Part shown: piece after piece, positions 43,482-53,344 of the stretch
Numbering within the stretch: position 1 is the stretch's first letter
Layout of the letters: every line of letters starts with the position of its first letter
Assembly: GCA_023484105.1 (NCBI GenBank)
Contig: JAMDBD010000029.1
Coordinates: 56,716-120,715, forward strand
Source of the DNA: Thermoplasmatota archaeon
GTDB lineage: Archaea > Thermoplasmatota > Thermoplasmata > Thermoplasmatales > Thermoplasmataceae
Reading direction: 5' to 3'
DNA length: 64,000 nt
Translations under genes and position numbers: made by a program
Notes under the pieces: generated by a model
The model's database searches: none
Told to the model about the DNA's origin: nothing
Seen by the model: only the letters and a program-made list of their open reading frames with translations

Positions 43482-43776
43482 TCAAATCACATCTTGGCGG
43501 ATTAGTATCATTCGCGTCATAATTAAAGTTTAACCTTCCATGTTTGCATTTTACATCGCTTATTAACGCATTATTTCACAGCAGAATGAAGGCGGAATAA
43601 GCCCGTTAAATGTTTCATTTTAGAAGGCGTTTTCTGAATCTGTATGGCTATTCGTCAGACGCATATTCTGGACTCAGATAGGGTTGCTATTCTATTTATG
43701 CCTGAATTTAAGTTGATAGCTATATAATAAGTTAGGATTAGGGTTATTGTAACTTTCCATTTGCACATCTGGGTGA

Positions 43777-44574
43777 TTGATAACGCTGATAATTGGTCTG
43801 ACGTACCTGCAAATACTTCTGTCTGTGGTTTCCGGTTTCATAGTCGGTTTTTCCCTTGGGCTTATCGGTGGCGGCGGATCGATTCTGGCCATACCTCTGC
43901 TGATATATTTTGTCGGTTTTGATCATCCACATCTTGCAATAGGAACGACTGCACTGGCAGTTGGAATTAATGCTTACCTGAATCTGATACCACACGCCAG
44001 AAAGGGGAACGTCAATCTGAGAGTTGGCGCTATATTCAGTATACCCGGGATCGCTGGTGCGCTGATCGGATCTGAACTGGGCCTTCTCACTCCAGGCAGC
44101 AAACTGCTCTTCATATTTGCCATTCTGATGATAGTTATTGCTGTGTACATGCTCAAGAGGAAATGCATTAATACAGCCGTTGAACCCATTAAAAGAGAGG
44201 AAAGCATTCCAAAGATAGCTGCCATAGGGCTTTTGGTCGGCCTTGCCTCAGGTTTCTTCGGTATAGGTGGCGGATTTCTGATAGTACCTGGGCTCATATA
44301 CTCCGCCGGCTTCAATATCATTCAGGCAGTGGGAACATCGCTTGTCTCGGTAGGCACATTCGGCGTTGTGACTGCTGCCAGGTACGCTGTAAGCGGTGAT
44401 CTCAACATCTTTGTTACAGTCCTGTTTATTGCAGGTGGCATATTTGGGGGGTGGATAGGATCGCACTTTGCGAGCAGAATGCCAAAGAGAACTCTGACAA
44501 AGGTCTTCGCCGTGATTATAATAATAGTTGGCATCTATATGATATATGCCAATATGTCGGCATTTGTGAGCTGA
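43777..44574 (+). CDS. TauE/SafE (DUF81) family anion exporter
   Basis: A duplicated 4-TM architecture with GGGGSILAIPLL and GIGGGFLIVPGL. Confidence 0.8.
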   Translation: MITLIIGLTYLQILLSVVSGFIVGFSLGLIGGGGSILAIPLLIYFVGFDHPHLAIGTTALAVGINAYLNLIPHARKGNVNLRVGAIFSIPGIAGALIGSELGLLTPGSKLLFIFAILMIVIAVYMLKRKCINTAVEPIKREESIPKIAAIGLLVGLASGFFGIGGGFLIVPGLIYSAGFNIIQAVGTSLVSVGTFGVVTAARYAVSGDLNIFVTVLFIAGGIFGGWIGSHFASRMPKRTLTKVFAVIIIIVGIYMIYANMSAFVS

Positions 44575-45183
44575 TCACTTCCTGAAAGGCTCGTACTGGG
44601 CTCTAATAAATCCTCCTGATTGCAGTATCTTAAGAGAGAGGTTCCATTCAGATGCAATTTTTTCAAAGTCTTCCTTCTCCATGAGGTGATTTTTCACAAT
44701 CTTTCTGTTGAAACTGCCGTCGTCGTAAACCTCATAAATCAGGAATTTTCCTCCAGGATTAAGCCGTTGCATTATCTGACCGACTGATTCAGATCTGTCG
44801 TGCCAGTGATGAAATGACAGCGATGAAATTATAATGTCATACTTTTCATCTCCCGGTATATGTCTGTTACTTCCCTGATAGAAATGTACAGATTTGTCCA
44901 TTTTCTTCCTTGATGCCTTTCTGGATGCGACTGCCACCATATGGGGTGATGGATCTATCCCTGTGGCAGAAATGTTATTTTTTTCCAAATAAATACGTAT
45001 CAGTAGGCTCCCTGTTCCGGAACCTATGTCAAGTATAGTACTGAAATTAAATCCTCTGAGATCAGATATCACAAACCTGTAGAATCTTCTCAGAGTGGGA
45101 ACAGCATTGACGAGTGGATACATCCTGGAGGTGAGAAAACCAAATTTCTCCTCCCCAGGCATATAGAGGTTTTCCATGGGCAC
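44575..45183 (-). CDS. Class I SAM-dependent methyltransferase
   Basis: Motif I ILDIGSGTGSL, the post-I acidic residue, and LNPGGKFLIYE. Confidence 0.8.
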   Translation of the reverse strand: MPMENLYMPGEEKFGFLTSRMYPLVNAVPTLRRFYRFVISDLRGFNFSTILDIGSGTGSLLIRIYLEKNNISATGIDPSPHMVAVASRKASRKKMDKSVHFYQGSNRHIPGDEKYDIIISSLSFHHWHDRSESVGQIMQRLNPGGKFLIYEVYDDGSFNRKIVKNHLMEKEDFEKIASEWNLSLKILQSGGFIRAQYEPFRK

Positions 45184-45363
45184 TTACAGTTTCCTGATTG
45201 CCGCATTTACCTTGGAAAACAGTTCAGGAGATATCTCATTGATACCATGCGATGCCTTGGCATGTGCCTGTATCACCGGTATGAGTTCCTCCTTTGTGTC
45301 TGCCCTAGCCTCAAATCCACAGTTCATCCCTATGTCCTTACACCTGAATTCATATCCAGACAT
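45184..45363 (-). CDS. DUF1059 small protein
   Basis: MSGYEFRCKDIGMNCGFEARADTKEELIPVIQAHAKASHG. The internal ATG at 45363 is preferred to the tracked start at 45417. Confidence 0.7.
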   Translation of the reverse strand: MSGYEFRCKDIGMNCGFEARADTKEELIPVIQAHAKASHGINEISPELFSKVNAAIRKL

Positions 45364-45497
45364 TTCGTTATCACCATATTCAACATCCCCGTATGTTATA
45401 ATAATACATAACCACACATATGTGGTATATTTTCAACTGAATCCAACATTTACTGTATTTCAAAGGTTTTTAGTCTGCTCGGATATACTGTGACATA

Positions 45498-46118
45498 TCA
45501 CATATTTTCCTTTATGTACTGAGATACCACCTTGAGTATGGACCTTCGTAGCATCTCCTGGAGGGTCTTTGTGCTTATATGCAGGTTCTTTGCAAGATCT
45601 GTCATACTTATCCTCCTGTCTATGTCAAAATAACCGGCATTATAGGCGGTCAGAAATATCTGTTTCTGCCTTGGGGTTAGCTGGCGCAGCAGCTTCTCAT
45701 CCTGATCGCTGTATGAGTAGTCACAGCCTGATTCATCAAGGTGCCTTCTCAGCACAGTGGATGCCCTCGGACCTGGCATGAGAATTCTATAAACAAGTCT
45801 GCCTCCGCTCACTGCCCTTACGTTGGTTGGAATTGCGCTGATTGACGACATGGCCCGGCAGATCCTGCAGCTGGTCGTTTTCATCCAGAATGAATAGCCG
45901 TCAAACCGTTTCACCATCATTGACTGCTTTGACAGTTCCTCGTCGATTTCCCTCCTGAATGTTGCAAATGTCACAAGGTGATCGGTACCCTCTACGCCGG
46001 GACTCAGCCTTGTGATCTCAAACGAAATGTTCATTGCCGCAAGCCTTGGCATGATCGGGCAGTCTGGATTCCTTACTATTATCGTTGCGTCTTTCAGGTG
46101 GCTTACTCGTCTGGACAT
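45498..46118 (-). CDS. Bat-like HTH_10 family transcriptional regulator
   Basis: C-terminal LTPRQKQIFLTAYNAGYFDIDRRISMTDLAKNLHISTKTLQEMLRRS. Confidence 0.75.
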   Translation of the reverse strand: MSRRVSHLKDATIIVRNPDCPIMPRLAAMNISFEITRLSPGVEGTDHLVTFATFRREIDEELSKQSMMVKRFDGYSFWMKTTSCRICRAMSSISAIPTNVRAVSGGRLVYRILMPGPRASTVLRRHLDESGCDYSYSDQDEKLLRQLTPRQKQIFLTAYNAGYFDIDRRISMTDLAKNLHISTKTLQEMLRRSILKVVSQYIKENM

Positions 46119-46406
46119 GCAGAGGGAACATCATGCGGCTTATTAAAATCCATGAGGCGCTATGGCTTCTGATCATCTTTATAACGGAAAATCCAATAAT
46201 GATTGTGTCCTGAAAAATAGTATATGCGAAAAGGTGAGCGTATACGACGACGCAGGACTAAAGGTTGCAGAGTCATAATGGGCTTCTGCTGGAGCAACCG
46301 GTATGATCCCGGGCCCTGATAAGCCGATCAGAGACCTGCGAAAAGTTCCCCAGCGGGTCACGGAACAGGAAACGTGAATGATTCCGGTTAGTCTGGGGAA
46401 AATTCA

Positions 46407-47492
46407 ATGGATGAAGCTATGGAGTCAGAAAGGATTGGGAAGGTCAAATCTGAAGAACTTAACTACGTCGTGGACACAGTCAACAGTTACATTGTTACTT
46501 ACGAGGTTCACGTTAGTCCTGTCAGCATAATTTTCTTCTATCTTGACTCCGATAACCCGGATTTCAGCACCAAGTTCGATCAGCTGCGGATTGCGCTCGT
46601 TGACAAGGGGTATATACCATTTGTCCGACACGACGGTGAAAACAGCATAACTGTAACAAAGAGACCGCCAGTGAACTACAGGAGCACGAAGGTAAACCTT
46701 GTACTGTTTGTTCTCACCCTGGCATCTACAATTTATGTTGGAACCATTTATTCATATCCATATGCCAGAAGTACACTGATGCAGATTCTTTACGGATTTG
46801 TGTTCTTCTCTGCTCCGCTGATGCTTATACTCGGACTCCATGAACTTGGGCACTACTTCGTGGCGAAGCATTATCATGTGAAGTCATCCTTTCCGTTTTT
46901 CATACCTTTTCCTCTTACAATAGGAACATTTGGGGCGTTCATATCTCTACGGGATCCTATACCTAACAAGAGGGCAATGACCGAAATAGGGGCCGCAGGT
47001 CCAATCGTAGGTTTCCTCACCTCCCTTCCACTACTTTTTGTTGCAGATTACTTTCAGAGCATAATAAAGCCAGTCCAGAATATTTCCAGTGAATTCATAC
47101 TGCATTATCCCATAATATACAACTTGCTTGGGCTGCACATAACAAATTCCGGCCCTATATTCCCTATGGTTTTTTCTGTGTGGGTAGGCATATTTGCCAC
47201 AGCCATGAACCTGCTGCCAGTTAGCCAGCTTGACGGCGGTCACATCATCCGGGGAGTAATGGGAAAGGCGTCCACATATCTTGGGTATGTGATCGTCATG
47301 GCCCTGATCGGCATTGCTTTTTACTTCAACTACACTGGATGGCTCTTCCTTGCAATATTTGTAATGTTTATGGGCGTGGCTCATCCACCTGCGCTTGATG
47401 ACTATACAAAGCTGAGGTGGTTGGATATACTGATAGGTTTATTCGCACTTTTCATGTTCATAGTTTCGTTTACCCCTGTACCAATATCATGA
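46407..47492 (+). CDS. Site-2 protease family (M50) membrane metalloprotease
   Basis: HELGHYFVAKHY within a TM segment and a downstream LPVSQLDGGH motif. Confidence 0.85.
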   Translation: MDEAMESERIGKVKSEELNYVVDTVNSYIVTYEVHVSPVSIIFFYLDSDNPDFSTKFDQLRIALVDKGYIPFVRHDGENSITVTKRPPVNYRSTKVNLVLFVLTLASTIYVGTIYSYPYARSTLMQILYGFVFFSAPLMLILGLHELGHYFVAKHYHVKSSFPFFIPFPLTIGTFGAFISLRDPIPNKRAMTEIGAAGPIVGFLTSLPLLFVADYFQSIIKPVQNISSEFILHYPIIYNLLGLHITNSGPIFPMVFSVWVGIFATAMNLLPVSQLDGGHIIRGVMGKASTYLGYVIVMALIGIAFYFNYTGWLFLAIFVMFMGVAHPPALDDYTKLRWLDILIGLFALFMFIVSFTPVPIS

Positions 47493-48926
47493 TCCCGTTT
47501 TGGTCTGTACTGTTTCCATACTAGTTTTATTTTCAATGCCGCTGCTCCTGAATGCAGAAAGTATGAACGCCACTATGAGCATTGACAGTGACACATAGAG
47601 AGCATCCCTGAGCCCGCGAAGGAATCCTGTGGATATACCTCCTATGAGGCTTTCCTTTCCCAGGAAAACCGCAAACACCTCACCCCTTGTTAACGCAGTG
47701 GCTGCTACAGAAATCACAAGCACATAGCTCGTCAGGGTTCCTATATTGGATAGGGTTCTCAGAACGCCCGAAACCGAACCGTATGACTTCACCCCGCTGG
47801 CTGACATAACAGATCTGTTGTTGGATGGCCAGAACATGGAGCCACCAACACCTGATATGAGGGATACGATCACTATGTAATAGTATGGAGTGGTGGGTGT
47901 AAGCATCGTATAGAGAAACACTGCAGTTGCAAGGAATGCGATTCCTGTGGTCGCCATGATCCTGCTGCCGAACTTGTCGGAAAGCCCTCCCATTTTTGGT
48001 GCAAACATGCTTGAAAGTACATAACCGGGAACAAGAAGAAGAGAAGCATAGAACGGGGACAGGCCACGGATTCCCTGGAGATACAGTATGAGGAGAAAAA
48101 TCACCGAAAGGTATCCAACAGCCTGAAAAAAGGAGGCCAGGAGAGGAATTATGAGCTTCTTTGACCTGAATACCTGAGGATCCATAACCGGATTTTCCTT
48201 GCCTCTTTCAAGAAGTATGAAGATAGGGAACAGAATAAGTCCTGCTGCAATCATTCCATAGTTCTGAAGATTGCTACCGGTGGAGACAAGCTGCGTGGCA
48301 CCATATGCGGCCAGAAAGAGGGACCCGCCCATCAGAATGAGACCCGTAACATCTGGAAACTTTCCCTTTCTCCTTGTTCCCATGAACGTTCCGTATCCAA
48401 GCCATATTGCGAATATTCCTATGGGTACGTTAATGTAGAAAATATACTGCCATCCCAGAAACGTTGTAAGAACTCCGCCAAGGACAATGCCAAGGGTGCC
48501 TCCGACATTCCACCCAAGGGTGGTGTATCCAAAGGCCTTGCCTCTCCTTTCTGCAGCAAACGCGTCGGCCACCAAGGCATTTCCGTTTGCCTGCATAAGT
48601 GCAGCGCCAAATGCCTGAATCGCTCTAAATCCTATCAGAAGATAGATTGTGTCAGATGCCCCACAGAAAAATGATCCTATTGTAAAGACCGCAAAACCGA
48701 TTGTGAATATTCTCCCATGACCAAATGAATCGCCAACGCTGCCAAGCTGTGTTGTAAATATAGCCACAACCATAAGGTAGATCAGAAGCGTCCATATAGC
48801 CAGAATTAGACCTGCATGCAGATCGGTTGATATCGTAGGAAGAGCAAGCAGAACAACTGTGGAATCAACGGCAGACATAAGTGTTCCGAGTGTGACTGTG
48901 AGAAGAACCCTGTTCGCCCGATCCAT
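47487..48926 (-). CDS. MFS transporter, 14-TM drug:H+ antiporter (DHA2/EmrB-like)
   Basis: 479 aa with about 14 TM segments and the motifs GSVGDSFGHGR and LGWNVGGTLG. Confidence 0.8.
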   Translation of the reverse strand: MDRANRVLLTVTLGTLMSAVDSTVVLLALPTISTDLHAGLILAIWTLLIYLMVVAIFTTQLGSVGDSFGHGRIFTIGFAVFTIGSFFCGASDTIYLLIGFRAIQAFGAALMQANGNALVADAFAAERRGKAFGYTTLGWNVGGTLGIVLGGVLTTFLGWQYIFYINVPIGIFAIWLGYGTFMGTRRKGKFPDVTGLILMGGSLFLAAYGATQLVSTGSNLQNYGMIAAGLILFPIFILLERGKENPVMDPQVFRSKKLIIPLLASFFQAVGYLSVIFLLILYLQGIRGLSPFYASLLLVPGYVLSSMFAPKMGGLSDKFGSRIMATTGIAFLATAVFLYTMLTPTTPYYYIVIVSLISGVGGSMFWPSNNRSVMSASGVKSYGSVSGVLRTLSNIGTLTSYVLVISVAATALTRGEVFAVFLGKESLIGGISTGFLRGLRDALYVSLSMLIVAFILSAFRSSGIENKTSMETVQTKTGS

Positions 48927-48980
48927 GCTCCCACTGATTTCTTTTTAATAATTATAGATTGCCCACTGGAATGATGATCT

Positions 48981-50654
48981 TCATCCAAGTGCCCTTTCCG
49001 CTATGATGTCGGAAATGTGCCGGAGCATCTCCCTCTCTATAACTGTCCCTATAAATTTCCCACTCTCATCGACTACAGCCACTATTGGCGGATCGTATTC
49101 CCTGAACAGTCTGAGAAGATCTGTTGCAGAATCACTCCCCTTTATTTTTATGGCTGGAGTGATATTTGATTCATAGACGCTGAGAGTCCTAAGTCTGTTA
49201 TGACTGAGAGTGAGAAGATCCATCAGTGCGATCTGCCCTCTGACCATCCCCCTGCTGTTCGTGACTATCACACCCCTAATATTGTTCTTCACGCACATCT
49301 GGAACGCATCAAAGAGCCTATCCGACATTTTCACTGAATATGTCGGGAGCGTCTTTGAAATGTTCTCAACCTTGATAGATTTGAATTCACTCTCCACAAT
49401 GTTCCACAGAAATTTGGATTTGTTGGTTGGAACAACTGGAGATCCTATGCTGAAGATAAGCGGGACTGCCAGTGTCAGAAGACTGATGGCAAACATCACA
49501 ATGGAATAATCGTATCTTGTCACTATTGCCAGAGGGGTGAGGGCCACCACAAGGAGAGCAGCATCCACACCTCCATGTACTGAAGTGCCGAGAGCGTTTT
49601 TTATCATGTCAATCTTTGAAGCTTTTGCAAACAGCATTCCTGCAAGCGGTTTTATGAGCAAACCTGTTGCAAAAAGAAGTAGGCCGTACATTATTATTGA
49701 TGAATTCAGCCTGACAAAATATAATCCAAGTCCAACAAAGAACAGCGGTTCAAAGAAACCATAGGTTATTGTTGATATCTTTTCTCCCACTATGGGCCTT
49801 TCCCCTATAAAGTCTCTCAGCATTATCCCAAGAAACAGAGCAACTATTGCTGAGTTAAAACCCACATACTGGCCTATGAAACCCAGGATCAGGATGAACG
49901 ATACTATGATTGCAATCACTGTCTCGTGGGCCCTTGCAGAAAGATCCATTTTCATCAGGAAGCGCGTTAAAACGTATTTTCCGAAAAGTATAATCAATAC
50001 AAGGGCAACCAGCAGCTTAACTGTGATAATAACTACTGAAAGGAGAAAAAAGGAGTTGCCATTCAGTTCCGTCACAAATGAGAATAAAATAACCGCACTT
50101 ACCTCAATTATTACGACCTGCCTGAATATAGAGTTGCCATCCTCAGTCCTGCTTAACCCGGTGTCATTCAGCAGCCTTGTAAGAGGGCCGGCACTGCTCA
50201 TTCCAATGACAATTCCAATTATTGATGCGATTAGCAGGCTTTTGAAAAGAATGTAAGCAACAAAGGTCGTAGCCCCGAATGGAATCAGGAATTCGGCAAC
50301 GCCTATGGCAAGCGATCTTCCGCTAAACAGTCCTGACATATTAAGTTCCTTGAATTCTAGGGCTCCTGCGGCAAAAAGAAGGAAATTGATTCCCAGTGAT
50401 ATGAACAGCGAAATGTTGGGAATTATGGTTATCAGGCCAAGAACTCCTGGACCGATCACTATTCCTATGAAAATTGAGGCCACGTAAGGGACAAGCCTTA
50501 TCCTCTCGAACACCTCTTCTGCCAGTTTGGCTGTAAGAAGGAGAACGCCAAGGAAAAGGAGTGCAATCAGGGAGTCGGCTATACCGTACACTGAACTCCA
50601 TAGCCAATGGATTATAAAATACCTGATCAAATGCTGTGAGTAAAAATCAATCAT
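48981..50654 (-). CDS. Cation:proton antiporter (CPA family) fused to a C-terminal CBS-domain pair
   Basis: About 12 TM segments of Na+/H+-exchanger type, followed by a soluble tail (MSDRLFDAFQMCVKNNIRGVIVTNS...VAVVDESGKFIGTV). Confidence 0.75.
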   Translation of the reverse strand: MIDFYSQHLIRYFIIHWLWSSVYGIADSLIALLFLGVLLLTAKLAEEVFERIRLVPYVASIFIGIVIGPGVLGLITIIPNISLFISLGINFLLFAAGALEFKELNMSGLFSGRSLAIGVAEFLIPFGATTFVAYILFKSLLIASIIGIVIGMSSAGPLTRLLNDTGLSRTEDGNSIFRQVVIIEVSAVILFSFVTELNGNSFFLLSVVIITVKLLVALVLIILFGKYVLTRFLMKMDLSARAHETVIAIIVSFILILGFIGQYVGFNSAIVALFLGIMLRDFIGERPIVGEKISTITYGFFEPLFFVGLGLYFVRLNSSIIMYGLLLFATGLLIKPLAGMLFAKASKIDMIKNALGTSVHGGVDAALLVVALTPLAIVTRYDYSIVMFAISLLTLAVPLIFSIGSPVVPTNKSKFLWNIVESEFKSIKVENISKTLPTYSVKMSDRLFDAFQMCVKNNIRGVIVTNSRGMVRGQIALMDLLTLSHNRLRTLSVYESNITPAIKIKGSDSATDLLRLFREYDPPIVAVVDESGKFIGTVIEREMLRHISDIIAERALG

Positions 50655-51453
50655 AGGCCATGTGAAGATAATCCACAGCCCATGAATTTTTATCAGGACT
50701 CATTGCCATTGATTGATCTGGTGTTATCTTACTACTGTTCCCACATAATTAAAGCCAGCTTTATGTATTTTTCAGTATTAAACCCTAGCGCCCAGAATTA
50801 TGTTTAATTCAGAAGATACTTTTGCCTGAACGTATCCGCGCTGATCCTTACATTTATAAATATCACTATATGACCCTTCATGCTCCTTATCATGTACCAA
50901 CCCTCCTGTTCAAGCAATCCGCTGCACCTGAGTTCAGCATGACAGACTGGCTATTTTTCGATTGCCAGAACCATATGTTTTTCGTTTGCCATAATTGGAC
51001 AGAATTCACTCGACATTTACATCTCATTCCCTAAATCGATAGTGAATTTTTATTCAAATTAGGATATGATACGCTAGCATCAACAAACTCCATTTCAGTC
51101 ATGATGAGAGATTTGTTAAAAGCATTAGAACAGATTCAGGTGTCTAAATTTTAGACCAACTGAAAAGCCACGCTGTTAGATTACTGTCATAATATCCAAA
51201 CGATCATTGATTACGTCGATTCCACTGGAATTGTGTCATAAATACCCTTTATCATGGTAACGCACATTTGCAGATTCCACGTTATTCTAAAGCATTTACA
51301 TTGATTTGAGTTGCTGATAACTTTTTGATGCTCCTGAAAGGCATTATTCAAGGATTCAGGAGAAGTTCACTAATTAACACTGTAAAACACAGAGCTATGA
51401 AAAATGGAATTTTAAAGCTAAAATAATTTAAAAGAGAATGGATGGTTTCTGAA

Positions 51454-52080
51454 TCAGACCTTGACACGCTTCAGATACCAGCGCTCCGCTCCCTCTGAAT
51501 CCCTCTTAGCAGCCGCTTCGACAGTTGCCGGAGCACCCTCTATTCCCTCCATTCCTTCTGTCCAGTTGGCGGGTGTTGCGAGTTTGTGATCCCAGTTGAA
51601 CTTGAGCGCCTTGATCACCCTTATGATTTCATCTATGTTCCTGCCAGTCTCGGCCGGATAATAAATCATCCATCTCACAATCTGGTTTGGGTCTATTATG
51701 AACACCCCTCTGACGGTCAGCCCGGCCTTCTCGTCGATCAGATTGTAAGCCCTTGCAACTTCCTTGTCTATATCTGCGATAACAGGAAATGGTACGTCCA
51801 CACCATAATGTTCCTTTATGTCCCTGAGCCAAGCAATATGGCTGTAGATACTGTCGACGCTGAGCCCTATCATCTCCACTCCAAGTTTTTTGAAGTCATC
51901 GTATCTCTTGGAAAACGCCATGAACTCAGTTGTGCATACCGGCGTGAAGTCCGCCGGGTGGGAGAAGAGTAATACCCACTTTCCCTTTAGTGCCGACATA
52001 GTAATTGGTCCCTTTGTTGTGTTTGCCGTAAAATCCGGTGCTTTCTGTCCTAAATATACTGGCATTTTTTCACCTGCCAT
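51454..52080 (-). CDS. Peroxiredoxin (AhpC/TSA, Prx6-like)
   Basis: WVLLFSHPADFTPVCTTEF contains the peroxidatic Cys motif. Length is 208 aa. Confidence 0.92.
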   Translation of the reverse strand: MAGEKMPVYLGQKAPDFTANTTKGPITMSALKGKWVLLFSHPADFTPVCTTEFMAFSKRYDDFKKLGVEMIGLSVDSIYSHIAWLRDIKEHYGVDVPFPVIADIDKEVARAYNLIDEKAGLTVRGVFIIDPNQIVRWMIYYPAETGRNIDEIIRVIKALKFNWDHKLATPANWTEGMEGIEGAPATVEAAAKRDSEGAERWYLKRVKV

Positions 52081-52152
52081 ACATATTGCTTACAGGTAAT
52101 ATAACATTGTTAATTGAGCAAAGCGTGCTCATATAAAAATGCTTAAATACCA

Positions 52153-52383
52153 TCAGACTGAAGGCGAGTAGCAGTAATATCTCCTTCTGGAGTCTGAAAG
52201 ACATATCTGGACGAATACAAGGTTCCTTTTCCTAAGTTCTCTGATGGAATACATGATTGTCCTTCTAGATAAGCCTGTCTCTCTCTGGAGAGTGGCAATA
52301 GTGGAGACTTTGAGTTCCTTGAGTACCCTGAGCAGGTACTTCGCAGAATTTGAAAGATCTTCAGTCTTCACCACTTCCTGCAT
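52153..52383 (-). CDS. Small winged-helix transcriptional regulator
   Basis: 76 aa containing ATLQRETGLSRRTIMYSIRELRKRNLV. Confidence 0.55.
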   Translation of the reverse strand: MQEVVKTEDLSNSAKYLLRVLKELKVSTIATLQRETGLSRRTIMYSIRELRKRNLVFVQICLSDSRRRYYCYSPSV

Positions 52384-52504
52384 ATATTTAGCATGACCGT
52401 TTGCTATTTATAGAAATTGTGGCTGGATTATAGAAATTGTAGTGATGGCTGTAAAATGGATAGTTATCCAGAATCGTTTTAATAGACATTGAATATTGAG
52501 GGGT

Positions 52505-53344
52505 ATGTCTCTTAAAGTGTCTCAGATAATGGCGAGATCTCCAAAGGTGTTTCATGTTCCCAGCATGACCGAGGATCTGGTTAAGTTCATGATCAGAAAC
52601 AAGATTACCGGAGCCCCTATAGTGAATCAGGATGGAAAATATGCAGGAATGGTGTCAAGAAGGGACATATTTTCGAATCCATCTGAGATTCAGACTGCCA
52701 TGATAATGAGAAAAGATGATCCAGTGTCTCCGGATGATGATGTTCAGAAGGCCGCAAAGATAATGGTTTCAAGAGGCAGAAGGCATATTGCTGTGGTAGA
52801 TTCAAGCGGAAAGGTGGCTGGAATACTCACTCCGCACAGCTTCCTTCCGGTTATCCAGAGGGAATATTCCGATGTCATGGTTTCTCGAGTTATGAAAAGA
52901 TCGTCGTTTGCCCTCTGGGAAAAGATGCCGGCCAGACTGTTCATAAAGATAGCTGATCTTGCACAGAGGTATGCTTTCCCCGTTCTTGATTCCGAGGGCA
53001 ATTTCATGGGGATACTTACTGACAGAGATGTGTTCAACATTGTCAGATTCCAGAGCAGTGAGGCTTCAATGAAAGGTGAGCTGAGCGAGGATGACCCATG
53101 GAGCTGGGAAGGGGTTAGAAACTTCACCTCATACGCTGTATACAAGAATATACTTACAGTTCCGGACGTGACTGTTGAGAACTGTATGATAAGGAATCCC
53201 AGAGCAGTAGATGTGGAAGAGAGCCTTGGAACGGCTGCAGGAATAATGCTTGAAAACGACTTTAACCAGCTGCCGGTGCTCACTGGTTCAAAGGGGCTCC
53301 TTGGAATGATCTACGATATTGACATGATTGAGGTGATCTACTGA
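52505..53344 (+). CDS. CBS-domain protein (four CBS repeats)
   Basis: Repeated pattern h-x-G-h-h-S/T-x-x-D-h, for example GAPIVNQDGKYAGMVSRRDI, HIAVVDSSGKVAGILT, FPVLDSEGNFMGILTDRDV and LPVLTGSKGLLGMIYDIDM. Confidence 0.85.
   Translation: MSLKVSQIMARSPKVFHVPSMTEDLVKFMIRNKITGAPIVNQDGKYAGMVSRRDIFSNPSEIQTAMIMRKDDPVSPDDDVQKAAKIMVSRGRRHIAVVDSSGKVAGILTPHSFLPVIQREYSDVMVSRVMKRSSFALWEKMPARLFIKIADLAQRYAFPVLDSEGNFMGILTDRDVFNIVRFQSSEASMKGELSEDDPWSWEGVRNFTSYAVYKNILTVPDVTVENCMIRNPRAVDVEESLGTAAGIMLENDFNQLPVLTGSKGLLGMIYDIDMIEVIY

Noticed and set aside
46179-46361. 60-aa minus-strand ORF in the same intergenic block
   Set aside because: The composition is atypical, it has no start context, and it coincides with the hairpin-dense region. 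It is more likely non-coding.
46119-46406. Tested whether the structured GC-rich intergenic block is SRP (7S) RNA or RNase P RNA
   Set aside because: On neither strand could I find the SRP helix-8 motif (GGAA tetraloop followed by GGGAGCA) or the RNase P CR-I motif GAGGAAAGUCC. A CGGCUUAU match to the RNase P CR-V lies only about 60 nt from the region edge, so the geometry is impossible. The region is kept only as an unclassified structured element.
50822-51034. 70-aa TTG-initiated ORF in the 800-bp gap
   Set aside because: It is rich in His, Phe, Tyr and Cys with no motif, has no upstream promoter-like element at a suitable distance, and is isolated. It is treated as non-coding pending evidence.
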